Below are positions 25,358-32,251 of a stretch of DNA of 37,093 nt, in pieces. The DNA is from Candidatus Woesearchaeota archaeon. Its GTDB lineage: Archaea > Nanobdellota > Nanobdellia > Pacearchaeales > GW2011-AR1. How positions within the stretch are numbered: position 1 is the stretch's first letter; each line of letters opens with the position of its first letter. The stretch spans positions 1 to 37,093 of the forward strand of contig CAZRXO010000003.1 of assembly GCA_964604105.1 (NCBI GenBank), read 5' to 3'. Under the pieces are notes generated by a model that searched no databases, had not been told where the DNA came from, and was given only the letters and a program-made list of their open reading frames with translations. The position numbers and the translations under genes were made by a program.

Positions 25358-25435
25358 CCTCGCTTCGCGAGAGATAATGGCTTCACATTCGACTCTGTTA
25401 GAATGTTTCGCTAAGAAATCTATTAAGACAAAAGG
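25358..25435 (+). repeat. intergenic repeat family, copy C (rearranged or partial)
   Basis: CTCGCttcGCGAG hairpin, cttcacattcgac, gctaagaaatctattaagacaaaagg. Confidence 0.55.
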
Positions 25436-25802
25436 ATTTTTTCCACAGGTTCAAATAAGTCGCTTGTAATATAATTGAAGATGTCTTTTGGAAATATCCA
25501 TTTTGCATCAGAGATTTCTTCACTATCATTTATTTTTAATTCTCCTTCTAAAAATTCACATAAGTAATATGTAATTTCTTTTCCAGAATTTGGGTGTGTT
25601 CTCTTTCCAATTTTTCTAATTATCTTACATTTAATATTTGATTCTTCAAAGACCTCTCTTTTTAGTGCTTCTTCTTTTGTTTCATTTAGTTCTACTCTCC
25701 CCCAGGGAAAACCCATGTTAGGTTTGATTCTGTTAACTTCTTTTTAAGAAGTAGAATTTTAGAATCTTTTTTGATTATTCCTAAAACTACCTTGCTTTCC
25801 AT
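25423..25802 (-). pseudogene. NUDIX hydrolase interrupted by a frameshift in a G5 homopolymer
   Basis: Frame A (ATG 25802) reads MESKVVLGIIKKDSKILLLKKKLTESNLTWVFPGGE then stops. Frame B (track ORF 25423..25716) reads GFPWGRVELNETKEEALKREVFEESN. One extra G in the run at 25699-25703 would give W-V-F-P-G-G-R-V-E-x6-A-x2-REVFEE, an intact Nudix box. Confidence 0.75.
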
Positions 25803-25836
25803 AGAGAAAGAAGAAGAATTTAATTAATAAGATTAA

Positions 25837-26871
25837 CTATTTCTTAACATGAACATCAACCTGTGGAAAAGGAATTTCAATCTTCGCTTTGTTCAATGCA
25901 TTGTATATTCGAGTGTTCGCCTCGTCAATTGCAGAAAATCTATTTTCAAAATTGTCAACCCAGAAATATGCTTTAAAACTTAAAGCCGAATCAGCCATTT
26001 CAGTAAACCGAACATATGGTTCAGGATTTTTTTCAACATGGGCTATTTTTTTCAATTCAGCCAAAATAATTTTCTTAACTTTATCAACATCAGAACCATA
26101 AGCAACTCCAAAACTCACAACAGCTCGAGACTTTGGTTCAGGCAATGCAACATTTTGAATTGTGCTCTCTGCTAATTTAGAATTTGGAATAATAATTAAT
26201 TCATTATCAAAAGTTTGAATCTTTGTGCTCCTCAAACCAATGTGCATTATTTTTCCTTTTGTATTTGAATCTAAATAAACTAAATCCCCAACCCGAACAG
26301 AATGATCAAGCACCATCGCGGCCCCAGAAAAAATATTGGACAAAACAGGTTGCAAAGCCAATGCAACAGCCAAACCAGCAATACCCAAACTCGCAAGCAA
26401 AGGAGTAATCTCAACACCCCATAAATTCAAAATATATAAAATCGCAATTATAATAAGTGCAGAATTCAAAATACTTTTGAAAATAGTTATCAAACTGTCG
26501 TCGATATCTGACTTTGTTTTCTTTGCTGCTTTTTTTAATGCAGAAATCACAAGAACATTAACCACAACATAGACTAAATATGCTATGACTATAACAATAA
26601 ATGAAGAGATAAAATGATTTAGCACAATACTTACATTTTCTTCAAGAGGCACCTCGCCCACCGCTACAAAAATAGATACAAAAAAAGCTAAAAAAGTTAG
26701 TGGTCTCGAGGATTTCTTAACAAGTTTGTCATCAACATCTGTTTTTGTTTTACTTGATAATTTAATTGAAATTCTCGTCGCTATTGAAAGCCCAACCCGA
26801 ATTAAAAATAACAAGCCTGCAAGTACAATAAATGCTCGAAGATAATGATTGACAATATATTGCTCTAACAT
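25837..26871 (-). CDS. mscS: MscS-family mechanosensitive ion channel
   Basis: N-terminal TM helices, pore-helix region GIAGLAVALALQ, and beta-domain motif VRVGDLV...GKIMHIGLRSTKIQTFDNELIIIPNS. Confidence 0.9.
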   Translation of the reverse strand: MLEQYIVNHYLRAFIVLAGLLFLIRVGLSIATRISIKLSSKTKTDVDDKLVKKSSRPLTFLAFFVSIFVAVGEVPLEENVSIVLNHFISSFIVIVIAYLVYVVVNVLVISALKKAAKKTKSDIDDSLITIFKSILNSALIIIAILYILNLWGVEITPLLASLGIAGLAVALALQPVLSNIFSGAAMVLDHSVRVGDLVYLDSNTKGKIMHIGLRSTKIQTFDNELIIIPNSKLAESTIQNVALPEPKSRAVVSFGVAYGSDVDKVKKIILAELKKIAHVEKNPEPYVRFTEMADSALSFKAYFWVDNFENRFSAIDEANTRIYNALNKAKIEIPFPQVDVHVKK

Positions 26872-26901
26872 GATAGAAAAAGTTCAAGGGAGTTTATAAG
26901 A

Positions 26902-27453
26902 TTATTTATTTTCACGATAAAAACATTTATTCACTAATTTTTTATCAATGAATCTAAACTTATTTTTCTTAATTAAAGCCCCAGAACAAATTTCTTTGAA
27001 GGCATAAACCTCAATATCTTTTTTCAAAGATTTTATAGCCCTAATTAATGGAGAAAAATCCCCGTCGCCAGAGATTAAAATTGCCTTATCATATTTATCT
27101 TTATTAGCATCCATAATCATATCAATCGCCAAATGAATATCATCGCCCTTAATTGAATAAAACTCTTCATCTAACTCATTTAATCGTTTCTGTCTTTTAC
27201 ATAAGATAACCTCAAATTTTTTCAATTTTTTCAATCGATTAAATAGTTTTTGTTGCCTTTCCCATTTGTTTATGTTTAGTTTTCGCTTTAAGGAAGCATT
27301 ATAATAATTAACCCTCACTAATTCATGATTCTTACATATCTCTTTAGCAAGTTTTTCAAAATCAAACATAAAGTCATTATATCTTTGATTTATTGTCTTA
27401 ATCCCATAAACAAAATTAGCACCATCAATATAAATACAAATCCTCTTTTTCAT
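26902..27453 (-). CDS. NYN (LabA/PIN-like) domain protein
   Basis: ICIYIDGANFVYG near the N-terminus and AILISGDGDFSPLIRAIK, the acidic signature of NYN/LabA domains. Confidence 0.85.
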   Translation of the reverse strand: MKKRICIYIDGANFVYGIKTINQRYNDFMFDFEKLAKEICKNHELVRVNYYNASLKRKLNINKWERQQKLFNRLKKLKKFEVILCKRQKRLNELDEEFYSIKGDDIHLAIDMIMDANKDKYDKAILISGDGDFSPLIRAIKSLKKDIEVYAFKEICSGALIKKNKFRFIDKKLVNKCFYRENK

Positions 27454-27466
27454 TTGATAAAAAATA

Positions 27467-27535
27467 CCGGCATTGCCGAAGCAAGACCGGGAGCACGTTT
27501 TGCGGGATGTCCGAAGACTAAGGCATTCCCTGACA
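27467..27535 (-). ncRNA. GC-rich double-hairpin element (two UUCG-loop hairpins) immediately upstream of the NYN start codon; 5' leader or small RNA
   Basis: Minus strand reads GGGAAUGCCUUAGUC-UUCG-GACAUCCC and CCGGUCUUGC-UUCG-GCAAUGCCGG, followed by UAUUUUUU and then the ATG 14 nt later. A TATA-like cttaaataatatttt lies further upstream (minus strand, about 27555-27570). Confidence 0.3.
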
Positions 27536-27582
27536 CCTAAAGTATAGAAATTAAAATATTATTTAAGTCTTTCGATAGGGGA

Positions 27583-27712
27583 ATTTGCTCCACATCTACC
27601 ACCAGTGTAGGTGTTCGCCAGGGAAAACCATTAACTAAAAGACAACTCCAACATTGAGGTTCAACAACTGATCACCCCACCAATCGGCGAAGCCAGTTCA
27701 TTAATTATTTGT
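27583..27712 (+). repeat. intergenic repeat family, copy E
   Basis: tttgctccacat...hairpin...ccattaactaaaagacaactcca...ggttcaacaactgatcaccccaccaatcggcgaagccagttcattaatta. Collinear with copy D. Confidence 0.8.
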
Positions 27713-27734
27713 ATTAATCTGCGCGAGTAGAAAA

Positions 27735-28196
27735 TTATTTTCTTCCATAAAGAATGTTTTTGTATTGTTGTTTGGCTGATTCCAATAAGTCTTCATCAGC
27801 AAGAGATTCAAAATCATAATTCATTAGATCCTTTTCTTCCTCAGAAAGTATTTTTTCTTTTTCAAAGATCCAACCATAAAACTCTTCTGGAAGAGCATCT
27901 CTTCTTGCTTCATATTTTCTCGCTTCTTTCTCATATTTTTCTTTAAAGATTTTTTCAATTTCCAGATTATCTTCTAGTATAAGAAGGGTTAGATTTTTAT
28001 GATTTCTCCAACTACGAGGAGAATTAAGAATCTTATAAATTTTATTTACATATTTTACAGAAAATCTTTCACATACCTCCATTTTTTCTAAGGTTGCAAT
28101 ATATCTTTTGCCTGTGGGTGTTTCATAGGGTTCACTAACTTCATCAAAGCATTCTTCTTTATTTAGTTTTTCTAGTGTTGTAAGTAGTTTTTTCAT
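27735..28196 (-). CDS. hypothetical protein, 153 aa
   Basis: ORF track. 4-nt overlap with the upstream ORF. No motif recognised. Confidence 0.55.
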   Translation of the reverse strand: MKKLLTTLEKLNKEECFDEVSEPYETPTGKRYIATLEKMEVCERFSVKYVNKIYKILNSPRSWRNHKNLTLLILEDNLEIEKIFKEKYEKEARKYEARRDALPEEFYGWIFEKEKILSEEEKDLMNYDFESLADEDLLESAKQQYKNILYGRK

Positions 28197-28420
28197 TTTT
28201 CCTCCATAAGATTAAGAACCTTGTTCGCAAGCCCATTAGTGTTTAATGGGAACTTAGCTTTTTCTTTTTTAGATAATGTTTTATATTTTGGAAGATACTC
28301 CATCAAATCTAGTAACCAAATTCTTTTACAATCTATTATGGGGGCATCTTCATAGTTTCTACTATCAATGCTTTCCTCGATTTCTTTCAACTTTTCATAA
28401 ATTTCTTTTGCTTCCATATA
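28193..28420 (-). CDS. hypothetical protein, about 75 aa
   Basis: Track ORF 28193..28474. The internal ATG at 28420 is preceded by GAGGGTGG at about 8 nt and is the more plausible start. Confidence 0.45.
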   Translation of the reverse strand, partial: YMEAKEIYEKLKEIEESIDSRNYEDAPIIDCKRIWLLDLMEYLPKYKTLSKKEKAKFPLNTNGLANKVLNLMEEK

Positions 28421-28486
28421 ATTTCCACCCTCGAAAAGGTATTTATAATTTCGTCCTCCTTTAGAGGACAACAAAATAGAAAGACT

Positions 28487-28495
28487 TTTATATAA
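28487..28495 (+). promoter_or_regulatory. TATA-box-like element upstream of the trmB-like gene
   Basis: ttttatata lies 19-27 nt upstream of ATG 28514. Confidence 0.4.
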
Positions 28496-28513
28496 TAAAG
28501 ATTAAAATTAATT

Positions 28514-29254
28514 ATGAAAGATAAGATATTGGAAGAAGCAGGATTAACAAAAAATGAGATAGAAGTATACAAGGCTCTTCTTAAACTTGGTTCTACTACG
28601 GCAGGACCTTTAACGAGGAAATCAGGGGTACATAGATCAAGAGTATATGAGGCCCTAAACAGATTAATCGAAAAAGGTTTAGTTTCTTTCAGTGTTCAGG
28701 CAAATAGGAAAAACTTTCAAGCACAGAACCCAGAAGCAATAATTAATTTTCTAGAAGAAAAAAAGAAAAAAGTAAAAGAAATTCTTCCTGAGTTAAAAGC
28801 CTTGCAATTATCAGAACCAGATAAACAAGAAGCAAAGGTATTTCAAGGTTACAAAGGAATAAAATCTATTTTTGAAAATATTGTAAATACCCTCGGAAAA
28901 AGTCAAGAAGTATTAACTTTCGGAGCAAGATCTGGCCAAGATATTAATCCAGATGTTTGGGAAGCATTCTTCAAGCACCTAAATGATAGACGAGTAAAAA
29001 AAGGAATTATTCAAAAGATGATTTACAACGAGGATTTAAGAGATTCTCAAGTTGCAAAAGAATACAAAAATAGCAAATTAACTCAAGTGAAATTTGCTCC
29101 TCAAAAAACAATTACTGGGACCAGCATTTATGGGGATAATGTGGCAATGATTGTTTGGGAAGAAAAACCCTACGGATTTATTATTACAAGTAAGGAAGTT
29201 GCAGATTCATTTAGAGAACAATTTAAGATTCTTTGGAAGACAGCAAAAAGATAA
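28514..29254 (+). CDS. TrmB-family transcriptional regulator
   Basis: N-terminal wHTH GLTKNEIEVYKALLKLGSTTAGPLTRKSGVHRSRVYEALNRLIEKGLVS plus a C-terminal effector-type domain. Confidence 0.85.
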   Translation: MKDKILEEAGLTKNEIEVYKALLKLGSTTAGPLTRKSGVHRSRVYEALNRLIEKGLVSFSVQANRKNFQAQNPEAIINFLEEKKKKVKEILPELKALQLSEPDKQEAKVFQGYKGIKSIFENIVNTLGKSQEVLTFGARSGQDINPDVWEAFFKHLNDRRVKKGIIQKMIYNEDLRDSQVAKEYKNSKLTQVKFAPQKTITGTSIYGDNVAMIVWEEKPYGFIITSKEVADSFREQFKILWKTAKR

Positions 29255-30454
29255 TTATTTCTTCCCCTTCACATCACTTTTCTTCCGCTGTACAATAACA
29301 TTCCTCTTACTAACCTTCTTCAAAACCATAATCTTTTCCTTCCCTGTTTCCAAATCTTTAACTTTAACTTTCTTTTGCTGAACTTCTTTTGCACCAATAA
29401 AAATTACTTGGTCAAAGTTCTTCGCGTTCGCGTATTCCATTCCCCTCGACGGCTTGCCATAGTAAATAGTTACATTCCTGCCCTTTTCCCGAAGCTGTTG
29501 TGCAACTTCAATTGCCATTTTATCCTCGTCTAATGAAACAACAAGAACTTTTGGGGTATCATATTCTATTTTTGCAACTTGAGACAATCTTTCCAGCCCC
29601 ATTCCAAAACCAAACGAAGAAACACCTTCAAAAGTATATGCTCCTCCCCCAATAATAGTTCCCTTTATTCCATTTGCCTTTACTTCAAAAACAGTTCCAT
29701 CATAATAAGACAGTCCTCTTACAATTGTAGGAGAGAAAACAATTTTAAAACCATATAGTTTACAATATTCCATAAGGGAGATAATTTCTTTGTATGATTC
29801 AAATTTCTTAAAAAATTCTTCCCCTTGTTTTATCCAATCAATAATTTTAGCAGCGTTAAATTTCTTAAGATTTTTTTTAACTTCAGATTCAGGTAATTTA
29901 TCATATTTATCAATCTCTCGAAGAACTTGTTCTTTATCTTTTAAATTAATTTTTGCTTCATCCAAGATTTCATTCATTAATTTTCGATTGTTAAATAAAA
30001 TTATTGGCTTAACTCCTAATTTAGTTAAAACTTCATTTGCAACAGCTAAAACTTCTGCCTCATCTTTTGTTGAAGATCCCATGGTGTCAATATCACATTG
30101 GGTAAACTGTCTAAACCTCTCTGCAGAAACAGGTTCATCCCTAAATACTGGCCCAATTTGATATCGTTTATAAGGAAGTTTTTTGTTCTGCATCAACCGT
30201 TTCAATTGAAAAGTAAACTCATAACGAAGAGCAAGTTTTCGATTTCCTTTATCTTTTAGTTTGTAAACCTCAGAAACAGCTTCGTCTTTTTCATTATCTC
30301 CCTTAACAAAACTTTCATATTCTATAATTGGAGTTTCAGCAGGCTCAAAACCAAATCTTTCAAAAGTCTCAACTAAAATTTTTTTAATTTCTGCCCGTTT
30401 TCGAGCATCTTCGTCTGTATAATCTTTAAATCCTTTTACTGTTTCTGTTTTCAT
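29255..30454 (-). CDS. hisS: histidine--tRNA ligase (divergent)
   Basis: Class II motif 2 (YQIGPVFRDE...RFRQFTQ), HisA peptide (VRGLSYYDGTVFE), GGG-containing HisB position (GGGAYT), and a C-terminal anticodon-binding-type domain (KVLVVSLDED...VIFIGAKE). Confidence 0.85.
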   Translation of the reverse strand: MKTETVKGFKDYTDEDARKRAEIKKILVETFERFGFEPAETPIIEYESFVKGDNEKDEAVSEVYKLKDKGNRKLALRYEFTFQLKRLMQNKKLPYKRYQIGPVFRDEPVSAERFRQFTQCDIDTMGSSTKDEAEVLAVANEVLTKLGVKPIILFNNRKLMNEILDEAKINLKDKEQVLREIDKYDKLPESEVKKNLKKFNAAKIIDWIKQGEEFFKKFESYKEIISLMEYCKLYGFKIVFSPTIVRGLSYYDGTVFEVKANGIKGTIIGGGAYTFEGVSSFGFGMGLERLSQVAKIEYDTPKVLVVSLDEDKMAIEVAQQLREKGRNVTIYYGKPSRGMEYANAKNFDQVIFIGAKEVQQKKVKVKDLETGKEKIMVLKKVSKRNVIVQRKKSDVKGKK

Positions 30455-30687
30455 TTTTTATAGGCAATTCTGAAAAATTTAATTAATATTATCAGAGCTA
30501 AAAAAGCAAAGACAGTTATTAAAAGTAATGTAAGAATCTTTATTAAGGTCGTTTCAAAATTGAATTCTCCTTTGAAAAACTTATCATATCCAATTATAGA
30601 GACAATAAAAGATATTCCAAATAAAGCTCCAAAAGAAAATCCCGAAGTCCAAAAATCTCTTTCTCTCTTTGATGTTTCTGTTTTCAT
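30451..30687 (-). CDS. small two-TM membrane protein, 78 aa
   Basis: ORF track. ATGA overlap with hisS and with the upstream ORF. Confidence 0.5.
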   Translation of the reverse strand: MKTETSKRERDFWTSGFSFGALFGISFIVSIIGYDKFFKGEFNFETTLIKILTLLLITVFAFLALIILIKFFRIAYKK

Positions 30688-30935
30688 TTCTTCACCTTTT
30701 TGATTAATTTAATTACTATATTATAACCTATTAATATAAATGCTATTGTTATCACTATAATTGAAATTATAAAAACAATCTTGGCAATTTTTTGAAAAAC
30801 AAATGCTGCTTTATTTCCAAAAATAAAATTTAGTAAAAGGCCAAAGCCTATTACAATTAAAAGAAAGAAAATAATTCCAAATAGAGCTGTAGTATATTCA
30901 TCATCCCAAATTGTTAATTTATTCTTCTTTTTCAT
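30684..30935 (-). CDS. small two-TM membrane protein, 83 aa
   Basis: ORF track. Similar topology to the next ORF. Confidence 0.5.
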   Translation of the reverse strand: MKKKNKLTIWDDEYTTALFGIIFFLLIVIGFGLLLNFIFGNKAAFVFQKIAKIVFIISIIVITIAFILIGYNIVIKLIKKVKK

Positions 30936-30969
30936 TTTCTCTTCCTTTTTTTAGACTCGCGAATTTGAG

Positions 30970-31102
30970 GACGGAAGGAGGGAGTCGAACCCTCTTTGTA
31001 CGGAATTCGCGAGCTCGCACGAGGCATTGATATCAAGCGATAGTCTCTACCACGAACCTGCTCTCCACAACCGCACGTAATAACCGTTATACCACAACCG
31101 TC
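30970..31102 (-). tRNA. candidate tRNA-His (anticodon GUG at 31066-31068) with 60-nt intron (31005-31064) at the canonical 37/38 position
   Basis: Hand fold of the minus strand. G-1 pairs with C73. D arm GUAU/AACGGUUA/UUAC. Anticodon stem UGCGG/CCGUA formed across the intron, loop UUGUGG..U. 4-nt variable loop. T arm GAGGG-UUCGACU-CCCUC. Acceptor ACGGUUG/CUUCCGU has two U-U mismatches. No encoded CCA. Confidence 0.6.
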
Positions 31103-31256
31103 ATAATTCAATTTATTTAATTGAGTTGAATCCACTATAAAAAGTTTTTGAGAAAAAAAGTCACAACTAGAAAAAACATTACTTCGGACAATGCCGACAA
31201 TTCCTATTTTTAATTGTCATAGAAATATGAGCTATAGAGGGTATTTAAAATTTTCC

Positions 31257-31380
31257 AATTGCTCCAAAATCGCGCCAGCGCAGATTTTTCTGCTAAGAAA
31301 TTTATTAATCCAAAAGTAAACTTCACGTCGTTGTTCAACTAATCACCCTGACAATCGGCGAAGCCAGTCTATTAATTACT
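31257..31380 (+). repeat. intergenic repeat family, copy D
   Basis: aattgctccaaaat...GCAGAttttTCTGC...taagaaatttattaatccaaaagtaaacttcacgtcg...ttcaactaatcaccctgacaatcggcgaagccagtctattaatta. Confidence 0.8.
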
Positions 31381-31440
31381 TAATATCATTCGCGCAATTT
31401 ATTGCGAGCATTTTTTATATTCACTTTCCCACAACTAAAT

Positions 31441-32199
31441 ATGAAAGAAAAAGAGTGGAATGAAATTTCTGAAAATTATTACGAGGAAATTCTAAGCCCA
31501 ATTAAAAATAGTTTGAAAAGCCCGTTATTCTACGATATTAAACAAATAAAAGACAAAGACAAAAAATCAGTTATTGATTTAGGTTGTGGCCTTGGAGAAT
31601 TAGAAAAATTACTTTCAAAGGAATTTAAAGAAGTTGTCGCAATTGACTTTTCTGAAGAGATGATAAAAAGTGCACAAGAAAAAAATAAAGCTCTTCAGAA
31701 TGTCGAATTCCAAGTTAAAGATATTTCTTCGATGCCAGAATTTCACAATAAATTTGATGTTGCTATTTCAATAAATTCTATAATTGTCCCAGACTTAAAT
31801 AAAATAGACCAAATGTTTTCTGAAGTAAATAATACTCTAAAGAAAGATGGAAAATTTATTTGTATTTTACCATCCATGGAAATATATGCTTATCAAGCAA
31901 TGCTAATTGCGCAAAAACAAGGAAAGAAAATTAAAGATATAGAAAAGCTAAGAGAAAAGGCAAAAGAATTCATAAATGATGAAGAACACGATTTTCTCCT
32001 CGGAGTAACTGATTTTGAAGGCAAACAAAAATATTATTATAGATTTGAAATTTTGTGGAGATTGAAAAAAGCTGGATTCAAAAATATTGAAATAAAAAAA
32101 GTTCTTTATTCTTGGAAGGAATTTGCCGAAGCTGGACAGAAAAATTTTCCAGGTGAAGACCCTCCTTGGGATTGGTATGTTATTTGCGAAAAGTCCTAA
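31441..32199 (+). CDS. class I SAM-dependent methyltransferase
   Basis: Motif I VIDLGCGLGE, post-I VVAIDFSEEMI, motif II/III region FDVAISINSI...LKKDGKFI. Track ORF starts at TTG 31402; ATG 31441 is preferred. Confidence 0.85.
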   Translation: MKEKEWNEISENYYEEILSPIKNSLKSPLFYDIKQIKDKDKKSVIDLGCGLGELEKLLSKEFKEVVAIDFSEEMIKSAQEKNKALQNVEFQVKDISSMPEFHNKFDVAISINSIIVPDLNKIDQMFSEVNNTLKKDGKFICILPSMEIYAYQAMLIAQKQGKKIKDIEKLREKAKEFINDEEHDFLLGVTDFEGKQKYYYRFEILWRLKKAGFKNIEIKKVLYSWKEFAEAGQKNFPGEDPPWDWYVICEKS

Positions 32200-32213
32200 G
32201 GAATAATCTCAGG

Positions 32214-32231
32214 ACCAAACATTTTAAATAC
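32214..32231 (+). promoter_or_regulatory. BRE/TATA-like promoter of the second HTH_10 gene (ccaaacaTTTTAAATAc)
   Basis: Near-identical to 13145-13162. TATA lies 22-30 nt upstream of ATG 32252. Confidence 0.45.
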
Positions 32232-32251
32232 CTAACCGAACATATAAGGTT

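Noticed and set aside
31020-31064. Alternative reading of the RNA as tRNA-Ile (UUGAUAU loop, anticodon GAU) within the proposed intron
   Set aside because: No matching anticodon stem 3' strand, D arm or acceptor 5' strand could be built around it. The His fold explains the G-1:C73 pair, D arm, 4-nt variable loop and T arm together.
30932-31135. 67-aa ORF in the track (MDSTQLNKLNYDGCGITVITCGCGEQ...)
   Set aside because: It lies exactly on the GC-rich block that folds as a tRNA (T arm GAGGG-UUCGACU-CCCUC, D arm, GUG anticodon). Its Cys/Gly/Arg-rich translation is what a structured RNA gives when translated. Treated as spurious.
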